Assembly: GCF_000284455.1 (NCBI RefSeq)
Contig: NC_017039.1
Coordinates: forward strand, 450,001-482,000
DNA: 32,000 nt
Direction of reading: 5' to 3'
Source: Synechocystis sp. PCC 6803 substr. PCC-P
Lineage (GTDB): Bacteria > Cyanobacteriota > Cyanobacteriia > Cyanobacteriales > Microcystaceae
Each line of letters opens with the position of its first letter. Positions within the stretch are counted from its first letter, which is position 1. A model generated the notes under the pieces. That model had not been told where the DNA came from. It saw only the letters and a program-made list of their open reading frames with translations, and did no database searches. Position numbers and translations under genes: made by a program. Positions 9,099 through 18,768 of this stretch are shown here, one piece after another.

Positions 9099-9301
9099 GG
9101 AATGGTCAACAAAATACGAATTTCTTAACATTCATGTAAGATTTACTGATCATTCGGCTGGACTGCTTCAGAGTTCCGTTTTCCACGAGTGCGAGGGAGA
9201 TGGAACTTGGGCTGGATGCCAACGATCTGCTAGAAGGGTTACTTTTGCCTGTTCCCTGGGGCCTTAACATTGCTTGCAGTCTTTAAAATAACCTCATTTC
9301 C

Positions 9302-10198
9302 ATGGCCAAAATCATTAGCACCGTCAATATGAAGGGCGGAGTCGGTAAAACCACTCTGACTGTTAACTTGGCCACCTGTCTGGCTAAATATTTTCAAAAA
9401 CGGGTTTTGGTGCTGGACTTGGATTCCCAAATTAGTGCCACTTTGAGCTTAATGGCTCCCCATGATTTTGCTGCAATTCGCAAAAAGGGCAAAACCTTGA
9501 GCTATCTGTTGGCCAATGCCATCCAGCCGAATCCCTACAGTAAATTGGATATTTTTGATATTATTTGCCCAGAAATTTGCCAAATTGAGGGTTTAGAACT
9601 GATTCCGGGGGATATTGAACTTTATGACGAGTATCTGGTGTCGGAAAAACTCCACCAAGCGGCGATCGCCACGGAAAATCCTAACTTTGAGACGGTGTGG
9701 AATAAATTTGAGGGTACGTTAATTAAGGAAATGCTGGCGCCAGTGCTGGAGGAATATGATTTTGTCATCCTCGACTGTGCCCCTGGTTATAATCTGTTGA
9801 CCCGCAGTGGCATTGCGGCCAGCGACTTTTATCTGTTGCCGGCTCGTCCTGAACCCCTATCGGTGGTGGGGATGCAGTTACTGGAAAGAAGAATTGAGAA
9901 ACTGAAGGAAAGCCATAAGGCCTCCGATGATCCCCTGAATATCAATCTGATCGGAGTGGTGTTTATTCTGTCCGGCGGCGGTTTGATGAGTCGCTACTAT
10001 AACCAGGTAATGCGGCGGGTACAAACGGATTTCACCCCGGGACAACTTTTTCAGCAGTCCATTCCCATGGATGTCAATGTGGCTAAGGCAGTGGATAGCT
10101 TTATGCCGGTGGTTACCTCCATGCCCAATACGGCGGGTTCAAAAGCTTTTATTAAATTAACCCAGGAATTTTTACAGAAAGTAGAAGCTTTTGGCTAA
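9302..10198 (+). CDS. ParA/MinD-family ATPase (orphan, no adjacent partner gene)
   Basis: 298-aa ORF with a deviant Walker A (NMKGGVGKTT) and Walker B (FVILDCAPG). Confidence 0.85.
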   Translation: MAKIISTVNMKGGVGKTTLTVNLATCLAKYFQKRVLVLDLDSQISATLSLMAPHDFAAIRKKGKTLSYLLANAIQPNPYSKLDIFDIICPEICQIEGLELIPGDIELYDEYLVSEKLHQAAIATENPNFETVWNKFEGTLIKEMLAPVLEEYDFVILDCAPGYNLLTRSGIAASDFYLLPARPEPLSVVGMQLLERRIEKLKESHKASDDPLNINLIGVVFILSGGGLMSRYYNQVMRRVQTDFTPGQLFQQSIPMDVNVAKAVDSFMPVVTSMPNTAGSKAFIKLTQEFLQKVEAFG

Positions 10199-10260
10199 AG
10201 CAAAGCCCCCATTGATTAACAACGGGAGCTCGGCAAAAATTAATTATCGATTGGCTGGAA

Positions 10261-10281
10261 CCTGGTCAAACCAGGGCTTTT
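10261..10281 (+). terminator. Candidate intrinsic terminator after the ParA-like gene
   Basis: CCTGGT caa ACCAGG is a 6-bp stem with a 3-nt loop, followed by GCTTTTC. Confidence 0.45.
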
Positions 10282-10351
10282 CATCCATTGGAAAAGCGAT
10301 TTTGATCATCTAGGGTCAGGAGCAAAGATCTGATCAAATATTGATCATTTA

Positions 10352-10792
10352 TTAGGAAAGCTGAACTTTCACCACTTTATTTTTGGCTTCCTCTACTTTG
10401 GGCAAAGTCAAAGTTAGGATACCGGCATCGTAATTAGCTTTAACTTCTGTGTTTTGGATTGCTCCAGGTACAGGAATAACCCGGCGGAAACTGCCATAGC
10501 GGAACTCTGTGCGCCGCACCCCATCTTTTTCGGTGCTATGGGTATCCTGGCGATCGCCGCTGACGGTCACCGCATCCCTGGCGGCTTGGATGTCCAAATT
10601 ATCGGGGTCCATGCCAGGTAATTCTAGTTTGAGCACATAGGCTTCTTCAGTTTCAGTTAGTTCTGCTTTAGGATTAAACCCTTGGCGATCGCCGTGGCGG
10701 TCCGTAGGGACAAAAACTTCTTCAAACAGTTGGTTCATCTGCTGCTGGAAATTATCCATTTCCCGCAGGGGATTGTAAAGAATGAGAGACAT
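10352..10792 (-). CDS. hspA: Small heat-shock protein Hsp16.6/Hsp17 (alpha-crystallin family)
   Basis: 146-aa ORF with an alpha-crystallin domain (AYVLKLELPGM ... ANYDAGILTLTLPK). It matches my recollection of sll1514. Confidence 0.9.
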   Translation of the reverse strand: MSLILYNPLREMDNFQQQMNQLFEEVFVPTDRHGDRQGFNPKAELTETEEAYVLKLELPGMDPDNLDIQAARDAVTVSGDRQDTHSTEKDGVRRTEFRYGSFRRVIPVPGAIQNTEVKANYDAGILTLTLPKVEEAKNKVVKVQLS

Positions 10793-10822
10793 AATGTTAA
10801 CTCCTGATGTGTGGAAGGAATT
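10793..10822 (-). promoter_or_regulatory. hspA 5'-UTR RNA thermometer hairpin occluding the SD
   Basis: The minus strand reads AAUUCCU-UCCACACAUC-AGGAGUU-AACAUU-AUG. AAUUCCU (10822-10816) pairs with the AGGAGUU Shine-Dalgarno sequence (10805-10799). This is consistent with the published short hsp17 thermosensor. Confidence 0.6.
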
Positions 10823-11057
10823 GATTACCCTTGAATGGTTCTATCTTAAAATTTCCCCTTCCAGGTTAGATTCGGTTTTCAGGAAAGAAGGTGGGGGGAT
10901 TGCCGAAATTACATTTCTAGCCGCAATTTTTAGTAAAAAAAAGATGAGTTTTTACCTCACCTTAAGTAAATATTTGAGTGGCAAAACAAAATGGTAAAAA
11001 TAGCTAAGCTTCCACCGCCCTATGGATTTTTGGAAGGAAGTCTTAGGTTGTGAAAAA

Positions 11058-12062
11058 CTATAAAAACCAACCATAGGAATGGAGACCTTTACCCAACAAG
11101 TTGACCCCTAGGTAACAAATCCAAACCACCGTAAAACCGCTGGCGGCCAAAATAGCGGGCTTGCGGCCTTGCCAACCTTTGGTAATGCGGGCATGGAGAT
11201 AGGCGGCAAATACTAGCCAGGTGATTAGGGCCCAGGTTTCCTTGGGATCCCAACTCCAGTAGGAACCCCAAGCTTCGTTGGCCCAGACGGCCCCGGCAAT
11301 AATGCCAATGGTGAGCAGGGGAAAGCCCAGGCCAATAATGCGATAACTAATATTGTCCAAGGTGTCCGCCAGGGTAAGCCGTTGGGGAGAAAGGGTGATG
11401 GCAGGGGTAGAGGTAGTTTTTTCCAACACGGCCACATTGCCCGAGTTACCACTTACTCCTTCTAGGGCAGGATTTAGATTCCCCACCGGATTGAGATTAT
11501 TACCTTTCACCAATCCTTGCCGAAATCCCCCAGTGCCCACGGAACTACCCCGGAGTTCCACCGCCTGGCCCCTGGTAACAAACAAAAAGGCGATCGCCAA
11601 TAGGGAACCCACCATGAGGGTGGCATAACTGACCATCATCACACTGACGTGCATCATCAACCAATTGGACTTCAACGCCGGCACAAGGGGGGCAGATTGT
11701 TGCATATCGACCGGCAAAGTCAGGGCAGCAAAGGCCACAATTCCCAAGGCGATCGGGCTGGTGACTGCCCCAACAAAACGACTTTGGCTCATGCGCTCGG
11801 CAATGAAATGCACCGCCGTGATGCCCCACGCCAGGAAAAACAAGGATTCGTAAAGATTACTGATGGGAAAATAACCCGCTTCTAGCCACCGAGCTCCCAA
11901 CAGGGCTGTAATAGTCAAATTGGCGATCGCCATGGCCCCACTGGCCCCCTGCACTAACCATGGTTTGGGAAATACCACCGCTACCCAGTAGGCAAACATG
12001 GTCAGCAAAAGCACAAGGAAGGCAGTATTGTCTAAAAAACTTTCGAGGCTGACTAGATTCAT
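11058..12062 (-). CDS. ccsA: Cytochrome c biogenesis protein CcsA (System II haem handling)
   Basis: 334-aa polytopic ORF with the W-rich haem-binding motif [18 protein letters not shown] and conserved His residues. Confidence 0.9.
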   Translation of the reverse strand: MNLVSLESFLDNTAFLVLLLTMFAYWVAVVFPKPWLVQGASGAMAIANLTITALLGARWLEAGYFPISNLYESLFFLAWGITAVHFIAERMSQSRFVGAVTSPIALGIVAFAALTLPVDMQQSAPLVPALKSNWLMMHVSVMMVSYATLMVGSLLAIAFLFVTRGQAVELRGSSVGTGGFRQGLVKGNNLNPVGNLNPALEGVSGNSGNVAVLEKTTSTPAITLSPQRLTLADTLDNISYRIIGLGFPLLTIGIIAGAVWANEAWGSYWSWDPKETWALITWLVFAAYLHARITKGWQGRKPAILAASGFTVVWICYLGVNLLGKGLHSYGWFL

Positions 12063-12248
12063 GGCAATCCACTCTAAACAAGATTAAGCAAATGGGCTTT
12101 TTACTATCCTAGCCGCTGTTGAGTTTCCGGCAACGGCGATCGCCAGTCTGGCATTTGCTTGGGCTATCACTAGAGCAAAGCCAATCAGAATCAAAGGTTT
12201 TGATCCTAGTGGGGGACCGACCCCAGGGCAAAAATCGTTGAGGGCAGA

Positions 12249-12659
12249 TTAGTTTGGTCCTTCGCCGGTCAGAAGACTGCATTCACAGGATTCTTGCTCT
12301 AACCAGTCGGAACCTAGTTTGTGCATGGCAATCAGCACTGGCTGAATTTCCCTACCCCTGGCCGTGAGGGAATACTCCACCCTAGGGGGAATTTCTGGGT
12401 ACACATCCCGATTGATAATGCCGTGGGTTTCTAGTTGCCTAAGCCTTAGGGTTAACGTTTTAGTGCTACAACCGGGCAAGGCATCTAACAACTGCCCCGT
12501 GCGTCGTTGTCCCTTGAACAGTTCCCGCAACACCAAAATAGACCACTTATTATCAAGTAAATCCACCACATGCTGAATGGGGCAAATATGTCCGGTTTCA
12601 AAACAGGGATCAGCATTGGCTTGGGTCATGGCAGTATGAGGGAAAACCTTTTCCATCAA
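12249..12659 (-). CDS. HxlR-family winged-helix transcriptional regulator
   Basis: 136-aa ORF with the typical HxlR core (CPIQHVVDLLDNKWSILVLRELF...RRTGQL...STKTLTLRLRQLETHGII...PPRVEYSLT..G). The true start may be an internal Met. Confidence 0.8.
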   Translation of the reverse strand: MMEKVFPHTAMTQANADPCFETGHICPIQHVVDLLDNKWSILVLRELFKGQRRTGQLLDALPGCSTKTLTLRLRQLETHGIINRDVYPEIPPRVEYSLTARGREIQPVLIAMHKLGSDWLEQESCECSLLTGEGPN

Positions 12660-12904
12660 CCATTCTAACTTCCAGGGTTGGTTTCCCCACTTTACCTTGG
12701 GGGCTAAATTTCCCGGTAAACCCAGGCAGTTTGATGTTTTTTAACCCTGGCCATGGATGGAGTAATCAAACAGAGTTCTCAGCTATCAACCCAAATTTAC
12801 TCATTTTCCCCAGTTGGTGGAATGGAAATCGCCCTTCTCCCCTAGATGGAGAGAAAGGGAGTTAAGAATTTTTGATACAATCGGATCTCCTATAGCAGGA
12901 GAGA

Positions 12905-13780
12905 TTGGACGTGACCGTCAAACCGGATTGGCTCCGAGTCAAAGCGCCCCAATGGCAGAGGGTGGGCAGTGTTAAGGATATTCTGCGAGATTTACAATTA
13001 AATACCGTCTGTGAAGAAGCTTCCTGTCCCAATATTGGCGAGTGTTTTCAGGCCGGGACGGCTACTTTTTTGATTATGGGTCCTGCTTGCACCAGGGCTT
13101 GCCCCTATTGTGATATTGATTTTGAGAAAAAGCCTCAACCCTTAGACTCCACAGAGCCGGAAAGATTGGCGATCGCCGTGAAAAGGCTCAATCTTAAGCA
13201 TGTGGTGATTACCGCAGTCAACCGGGATGATTTACCCGATGGAGGAGCCTCCCAGTTTGTTAGTTGCATAGAGGCTATCCGCAAAATTTCTCCAGGCACC
13301 ACCATTGAGGTTTTGATTCCAGATTTGTGCGGCAATTGGCAAGCCTTAGCGGCGCTGTTGGAAGCTGCCCCAGAGGTTTTGAATCACAATATGGAAACAG
13401 TGCCCAGGCTTTATAAACGGGTGCGGCCCCAGGCGGATTATGATCAATCCCTAGAATTATTCAACCAGGCGAAACGGATTCTGCCCAAGGTTTACACTAA
13501 GTCCGGCATTATGGTGGGGCTGGGGGAAACAGATGCGGAAGTAAGACAGGTGATGGAAGATCTACGCCGGGTGGATTGCGATATTTTGACTATTGGCCAG
13601 TATCTACAACCTAGCCAAAAACATTTGGGAGTCAAGGAATTTGTCACCCCGGAACAGTTCGACGTTTGGCGAATTTATGGTGAATCCATTGGCTTTTTAC
13701 AAGTGGTATCCTCCCCTTTAACCCGCAGTTCCTACCATGCGGAACAGGTGCAGGCTTTGATGACCCGTTTCCCCCGTTAA
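12905..13780 (+). CDS. lipA: Lipoyl synthase (radical SAM)
   Basis: Both cysteine clusters are present: [12 protein letters not shown] (auxiliary) and CTRACPYC (radical-SAM CxxxCxxC). The start is a TTG at 12905 or a GTG at 12911. Confidence 0.9.
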
Positions 13781-13791
13781 GTTGGTCTGAT

Positions 13792-14409
13792 CTATTCTTC
13801 TAGTCCAACTTTTTGCCGTGGAAAAATCATTTTGCCAAAGGGAATGTAGCTGCCATCGGCGATCGCCACTCCAGGGCCAAGCCCCACCCCCGCACTGATA
13901 AAAACATTATTGCCAATTGTGATCCGGTCAACGTAAAGCAAAAGGTTGTGTCGTTTTGGTTTAATGGCGTGGCCCACTAGGCTGACTTGGTGACCAAATA
14001 TCACTTGGTTGCCAATGTGCAGTAAACCCCGGTCTAGGACTTGTATGCTGGGGGTCCAAAGCACGTTTTTGCCAATGCTGGATCCCCATAATCGGAGCCA
14101 CAGGGAAAACAAGCCTGGGACAAAGTGTAATATTCCTTCCAGGGCAGGAAAAGTGCTATAAATCAATTGAATTTGATAGGTTCCCCACCAAGGAATGTAA
14201 TTTTTTCCCACTAAATAACTCAGTCCGGGTTGGAGAGGATAGAAGAGCTGATGAATCCGATAGGTTAGCAGGGGCAGCCCATAAATAATTAATAATAATA
14301 ATAGTAGCCACCACCAAGCCCTAGTCATTGCCCAGAAAATGACACAACTAAGGGCTAAAGTAATTACTAGACCGGGAAATAATGCTAGGAGTTTACTTAA
14401 CAGCGTCAT
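13792..14409 (-). CDS. Membrane-anchored hexapeptide-repeat (left-handed beta-helix) acyltransferase-like protein
   Basis: 205-aa ORF with 2-3 N-terminal hydrophobic segments. The C-terminal half has a hexapeptide-like periodicity (IGNQVIFGHQVSLVGH...ITIGNNVFISAGVGLGPGVAIADGSYI). Confidence 0.5.
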   Translation of the reverse strand: MTLLSKLLALFPGLVITLALSCVIFWAMTRAWWWLLLLLLIIYGLPLLTYRIHQLFYPLQPGLSYLVGKNYIPWWGTYQIQLIYSTFPALEGILHFVPGLFSLWLRLWGSSIGKNVLWTPSIQVLDRGLLHIGNQVIFGHQVSLVGHAIKPKRHNLLLYVDRITIGNNVFISAGVGLGPGVAIADGSYIPFGKMIFPRQKVGLEE

Positions 14410-14538
14410 AGCTGGTTACAAGAACTAGTCTGGATAGCGGTACGGGGAGATTAGTTGGCTTAAGAAATTTTAACTTTAGCTATTATAAATTTTGCCTGAC
14501 AATTAGATGCCGTAAGATTAAGCGATTTTTTGCATTTT

Positions 14539-15279
14539 TTAGGTCAATGGCCAGAAAAGCTTTTGCCACAAAGTTAATTCAAGTTTAATGCCCATTCCGG
14601 AAGAAATACTAAGTTGATTTGGTAAGGTATTTTTCAAATAGGTACCATGGATTTTGTCCCAAAGTTTTAAATTAGCACCAAAATTTCCCTTGCCGATTTG
14701 GTGATGGTGCAATCCGTGGTCTTGGGGTAAAATCAGCCAGCTATTTAAGCAGTCGTGTAACCAACATTTTTTATTAATAATTAGGGAACTATGACGCCAT
14801 AGATCCAGTAAGTAGGTGCAACTAATGGCGAGAATATATCCCCTGGCATCGTGCAATAAATAAATTATGAGGCTATTTAGCCAAACGTAGGGCAAAAACA
14901 AGCTAGACCAAAAAGTGTTGCGTGCACAACTAACCATATCCATTTGACTAACGGTGTGGTGGACTTGGTGAATGGGAAATAGCAATTTGCTGTGTAGTGC
15001 TCGATGGCTCCAATAATAAACGTAATCAATAGCCACAAAGCCGAGGAGAAATTGCCCCCCAGCAAATAGGTTAAAACTATGTTGCCAGTGGGGAATAATC
15101 AAGGAGTAAAAATTGATTACTAATAACAATTGCAGCAGGGGGATAATCGCTCCTTGTATACCTAAACTTACCCCATCTAACAACCAGTCTTGCCAAGGTT
15201 TACTAGCTAAAAATTGTCTTTGTTGAGGTTGCAGTAAACTGAGGGCAAAAAATAACCAAAAGCTGATTAATGATGCCAT
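14539..15279 (-). CDS. Fatty-acid hydroxylase / sterol desaturase superfamily di-iron membrane protein
   Basis: 246-aa ORF with three histidine boxes in the canonical order: HRALH, HQVHH and HGLHHH. Confidence 0.7.
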   Translation of the reverse strand: MASLISFWLFFALSLLQPQQRQFLASKPWQDWLLDGVSLGIQGAIIPLLQLLLVINFYSLIIPHWQHSFNLFAGGQFLLGFVAIDYVYYWSHRALHSKLLFPIHQVHHTVSQMDMVSCARNTFWSSLFLPYVWLNSLIIYLLHDARGYILAISCTYLLDLWRHSSLIINKKCWLHDCLNSWLILPQDHGLHHHQIGKGNFGANLKLWDKIHGTYLKNTLPNQLSISSGMGIKLELTLWQKLFWPLT

Positions 15280-15333
15280 TTATTAAATCCAAATTGAATT
15301 TCTAAATTAAGTACGGTTCCACTATCCCTCTCC

Positions 15334-15663
15334 CTAGGAACCCAACTTGAAAGCTTCTAAGAATAAACTGTAGGAAACACCCATTTTAAAAATATTTAAT
15401 ACTTCAGCCTGCAAGTCCCCCATCTTCACCCCCCGGCGATAGAACCAACGATTGACCAATTCACAAAAAAGCAGAATGAAGGCAGCACAAACTACGTCCC
15501 ATTGGGAATTCTGACCGGCGGTGGTGGCCACGGCTGTCCCGACAAAAAAGCCGAATAAAAAGGACAATAAACTGAGGGAAATACGTCGCCAGGGATTCCT
15601 AAAAAATTGGGAAAGTTGCTGGCCACGAACTTCAACAATGGTATTTAATCGGGTGCGCTGCAT
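15334..15663 (-). CDS. ycf20: Ycf20-family (DUF565) small membrane protein
   Basis: 109-aa ORF with two hydrophobic segments. It matches my recollection of sll1509/ycf20. Confidence 0.7.
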   Translation of the reverse strand: MQRTRLNTIVEVRGQQLSQFFRNPWRRISLSLLSFLFGFFVGTAVATTAGQNSQWDVVCAAFILLFCELVNRWFYRRGVKMGDLQAEVLNIFKMGVSYSLFLEAFKLGS

Positions 15664-15851
15664 GGCAAATTACCTTAAATTTCCTGGGGGGCGGGACGGT
15701 ACAGAAACAGCAATGCTCAATTCTAGGCCGTCTTTGGCCATGGGGGTATGGGAAAATGTATTGTTGGTTAACTGTCATGATTGGCGATCGCCGTTCCACG
15801 GTTGGCCATTGACCCAATAAATTTTTCCGTGGTTGTTATCCCATTTTCCCC

Positions 15852-16595
15852 TTGAATTGCTTGGCTTTGTTTGATATTTCTTCTCCTTGGCCCTGGTTGA
15901 CCCCCAGCCATGGCATTATCGCCGCCTACCTTCTGTTGTTTGCCATCGTTCATAGTGGCTTAGCCGCCCTGCGAGCCTGGGGGGAAAGCAAAATTGGCGC
16001 TAGGGGCTATCGAGTTATATTTGCCCTGGTGAGTATTCCCCTGGCTACGGGATTAATTATTTATTTTTTCAACCATCGCTATGATGGTCTGCAACTCTGG
16101 CAAGTACAGGGAGTAACGGGAGTTAAACCCCTGGTGTGGATTTTGTCTGCCCTATCTTTTTTCTTCCTTTTTCCCGCCACTTTTAACCTGTTGGAAATTG
16201 CCGCTATCCAAAAACCGGAAATCCATCTTTATGAAACGGGCATTATCCGTATTTGTCGCCATCCTCAAATGGTCGGTCAAGTAATTTGGTGCATTGCCCA
16301 CACCCTCTGGTTGGGAACCACTTTTACTCTGGTTACCAGCTTGGGATTAATTGCCCACCATTGCTTTGCAGTCTGGCATGGCGATCGCCGTTGGCAACAC
16401 AAATATGGCGAGGCTTTTCTAGCAGTGAAACAAAGAACTTCCATCATTCCCTTTCAAGCGATCTGGGAGGGAAGGCAAATTCTAGTGTGGCAGGAATTTA
16501 TCAAACCAGCCTATGTGGGGGTAATGGGTTTCATTGCCCTACTATGGTGGGGCCATCCCTGGTTGATGGTGATGACCTCCAGAGTTAATTGGTAG
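15852..16595 (+). CDS. NnrU-family membrane protein, Z-ISO-like (15-cis-zeta-carotene isomerase homologue)
   Basis: 247-aa polytopic ORF with conserved His positions (IVHSG, CRHPQMVGQ, HHCFAVWHGDRR) typical of NnrU/Z-ISO. I recall slr1599 being assigned this role. The start codon is uncertain (TTG at 15852). Confidence 0.65.
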   Translation: MNCLALFDISSPWPWLTPSHGIIAAYLLLFAIVHSGLAALRAWGESKIGARGYRVIFALVSIPLATGLIIYFFNHRYDGLQLWQVQGVTGVKPLVWILSALSFFFLFPATFNLLEIAAIQKPEIHLYETGIIRICRHPQMVGQVIWCIAHTLWLGTTFTLVTSLGLIAHHCFAVWHGDRRWQHKYGEAFLAVKQRTSIIPFQAIWEGRQILVWQEFIKPAYVGVMGFIALLWWGHPWLMVMTSRVNW

Positions 16596-16689
16596 GGCTT
16601 GTGGCTTGGTTTAACCGCACGGGGAAGATATTCTGGGGATGCACTGTAATCTGCAATAATCCCCTAATTTTTAGGCTTAATTCAATTTT

Positions 16690-17139
16690 ATGGACGATAC
16701 TAACACCACATTACTGCTCAAGCGTCCCGTGGCCCTGAAGGTGATTGTCACTCCCCGCTGGAAAGAGGAGATGCAACAACAACTCCAAGCCCAGGTGGGC
16801 CAGATGGATAATCAGGTGCAACAGCTTGATGCCCAAAGTCAACGAGCGATCGCCGAAATTAAAAAACAAAGCTTGGTGCCCCTCCCCCCCAGTGTCAGCC
16901 AGCAAATTGAAAACATTCAAATGCAGGTCAACCAACAAAAGAGCGAAATTCTGGAGCAGAAAAACCAAGCCCTGCAACAAATGCAACAGGTGCAGTTATT
17001 AGAACTGAACCAAGAAGTCATCCAAGGACAGATGGAGAGCTTTTTCCGTATCCAAAAGGGGGACAACCTCGTGCAGAAAATGGGAGTGGAATTGGTACTG
17101 CGGGATGGGGTAGTGGAGGAAATCCGGGGTGAACTCTAG
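16690..17139 (+). CDS. Conserved Q-rich coiled-coil protein (YlqD-like), function unknown
   Basis: 149-aa ORF with a long Gln/Glu heptad-like central segment. The family assignment is from memory only. Confidence 0.5.
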   Translation: MDDTNTTLLLKRPVALKVIVTPRWKEEMQQQLQAQVGQMDNQVQQLDAQSQRAIAEIKKQSLVPLPPSVSQQIENIQMQVNQQKSEILEQKNQALQQMQQVQLLELNQEVIQGQMESFFRIQKGDNLVQKMGVELVLRDGVVEEIRGEL

Positions 17140-17302
17140 CCCCTGCCGAGGAGTTGTGCCTGGCAGCCTCAATGGAGATGGGAATGGTTAAGTATCGACT
17201 TTTCTAAAGACTTGTAACAACTTGTTTCCCAAAACTGCCCCCATATTGCAAAGTGTTGTTAATGTTTCTCACGATCTGTTTTTATCTAGGAGTTAACTAT
17301 CC

Positions 17303-17398
17303 ATGGCATTATCCGACACCCAAATTTTGGCAGCCCTAGTGGTTGCCCTCCTGCCTGCTTTCCTGGCTTTCCGTCTCTCCACGGAACTTTATAAGTAA
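17303..17398 (+). CDS. psaM: Photosystem I subunit XII (PsaM), 31 aa
   Basis: Not in the ORF track because it is under 60 aa. ATG at 17303, TAA at 17396-17398. The translation MALSDTQILAALVVALLPAFLAFRLSTELYK is a single transmembrane helix and matches the PsaM sequence I recall. AGGAG lies about 10 nt upstream. Confidence 0.85.
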   Translation: MALSDTQILAALVVALLPAFLAFRLSTELYK

Positions 17399-17426
17399 AC
17401 CAACGTCGGCCGTGTAATCCGATCCT

Positions 17427-17459
17427 TAGGGCGTGATCCGTTGCGCCCTATTGATTTTT
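17427..17459 (+). terminator. Intrinsic terminator after psaM
   Basis: A GC-rich 7-bp stem TAGGGCG (17427-17433) / CGCCCTA (17444-17450) is followed by TTGATTTTT. Confidence 0.65.
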
Positions 17460-17537
17460 AGGGGGAATGCTGGCATCTTTAGAGTCCGGTGTGAGTTGTC
17501 AGACCTCTTGCTTTCTCCGGCCTAAAAATTACCCGCC

Positions 17538-17915
17538 ATGACTGCCCAAACTTTCAAACCCAGTAATGCCCGTCGTCCTCGCTCCAAAAGTCGTAAGCGC
17601 CCGGAACAAAAGTTTCAGCCTGAGCATAAGTGGCTAGTGTGGGAAATTCTTTTCAAGCTGGGTCTCAATGGTGTGTTTGTGGTGGTTTCCATTATGGCGA
17701 TCGCCAGGCTGTTGCCCCATCAACAAGCTCAACAGGCTAAGTTAAACGAGATTCAGATGCAGGTGGAGGAAACAGAAGCCAGGGTTGAGCAACTCCGCAA
17801 TGATTTCCAACGTAGTTTTGACCCCGGCCAGAGTCGCAAAATTATGGAGGAATTAAGCCCCCGCCATGACCCCAACCAAAGGAAAATTATTCTCACGGAA
17901 CCGAAAGCTCCTTAA
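17538..17915 (+). CDS. Small membrane-anchored coiled-coil protein (basic N-terminus, one transmembrane segment, then a coiled coil); DivIC/FtsB-like architecture
   Basis: 125-aa ORF. An RRPRSKSRKRPE basic tail is followed by one hydrophobic helix and then QAKLNEIQMQVEETEARVEQLRNDF. The function is inferred from architecture only. Confidence 0.45.
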   Translation: MTAQTFKPSNARRPRSKSRKRPEQKFQPEHKWLVWEILFKLGLNGVFVVVSIMAIARLLPHQQAQQAKLNEIQMQVEETEARVEQLRNDFQRSFDPGQSRKIMEELSPRHDPNQRKIILTEPKAP

Positions 17916-17937
17916 TCCCCCCAAAAAAAGTAACGAG

Positions 17938-18768
17938 TTATCTGTAGGTGTCGGCGATTTTTTGGGCCAACTGAGTATGTAGTTTATGGCTAGCTTTGTA
18001 GGCGACAAAATGGGCTTGGGGAATTTTCCCCAGTAAACTTAAATCTCCTAGTAAATCCAATAGCTTATGACGCACCGGCTCATCGGGAAAACGCAGGGGG
18101 GGATTGAGCCATTTCTCTTTGTCGCACACCAAAGCATTTTCCAAGCTACCCCCTTTAATCAGCCCGGCCTGGCGCAATTTTTCAATCTGATCCGCAAAAC
18201 CAAAGGTCCGAGCAGGGGCGATCGCCGTGGCAAAATTTTCCTGATCCGGTTCCCAGGTGTACCACTGTTTACCGATAGGCAGATAGGGATAGTCCACACC
18301 GTAGCTAAAACGGGTAGTGGCACAGGGAAAAGCCGCCACAAATGCATCTTCTAGCTGGCAGGTTAAAGGGTCTGTAATCACAATGGGTTGGTCTTGGCTC
18401 TTCTTTGACCGAGGCCTGGTTCCTACTTTGGCGATCGCCGTTAACCAACTAAGGGCAGAACCATCCAGCAGGGGCACTTCCGGGCCGTTAACTTCAATGC
18501 GTAAGTCACCAATGTCCAAGGCCACCAAGGTTGCGAGTAAATGTTCCACTGTCCTAATCGTTGCTCCAGGTTCCCCTAGCTCCGTTGAAAGCATGGCTTC
18601 CCGCACCCAAGTCAAATCCGCTGGAATAATAGGCTTTTTAGGCAAATCCACCCGCTGAAAATAGCGGCCTTTCCCCGCCGCCACTGGACAAAGGGTAACG
18701 GTGGTTTCCACTCCAGAGTGCAGTCCCACTCCCTGGACTGTCAGAGGTGCTTTGATAGTATGTCCCAT
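17938..18768 (-). CDS. lpxC: UDP-3-O-acyl-N-acetylglucosamine deacetylase
   Basis: LpxC motifs are present ([26 protein letters not shown]). The track ORF extends to 18867, but the N-terminal 33 codons look like a fused gene relic. The ATG at 18768 ([19 protein letters not shown]) gives a canonical N-terminus. Confidence 0.9.
   Translation of the reverse strand: MGHTIKAPLTVQGVGLHSGVETTVTLCPVAAGKGRYFQRVDLPKKPIIPADLTWVREAMLSTELGEPGATIRTVEHLLATLVALDIGDLRIEVNGPEVPLLDGSALSWLTAIAKVGTRPRSKKSQDQPIVITDPLTCQLEDAFVAAFPCATTRFSYGVDYPYLPIGKQWYTWEPDQENFATAIAPARTFGFADQIEKLRQAGLIKGGSLENALVCDKEKWLNPPLRFPDEPVRHKLLDLLGDLSLLGKIPQAHFVAYKASHKLHTQLAQKIADTYR

Noticed and set aside
9046-9267. A 73-aa plus-strand ORF.
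   Set aside because: It lies antisense over the gifB promoter, NtcA box and riboswitch, and shows no coding features. It is most likely spurious.
10331-10347. The TGATCAA-ATA-TTGATCA palindrome and a third TGATCA copy just downstream of the hspA stop.
   Set aside because: It is a short AT-rich stem with no U-tract. It may be a weak terminator or chance, and there is not enough evidence to call it.
10782-10997. A 71-aa plus-strand ORF overlapping the hspA start and leader.
   Set aside because: It is antisense to a known regulatory leader and has a low-complexity sequence. It is most likely spurious.
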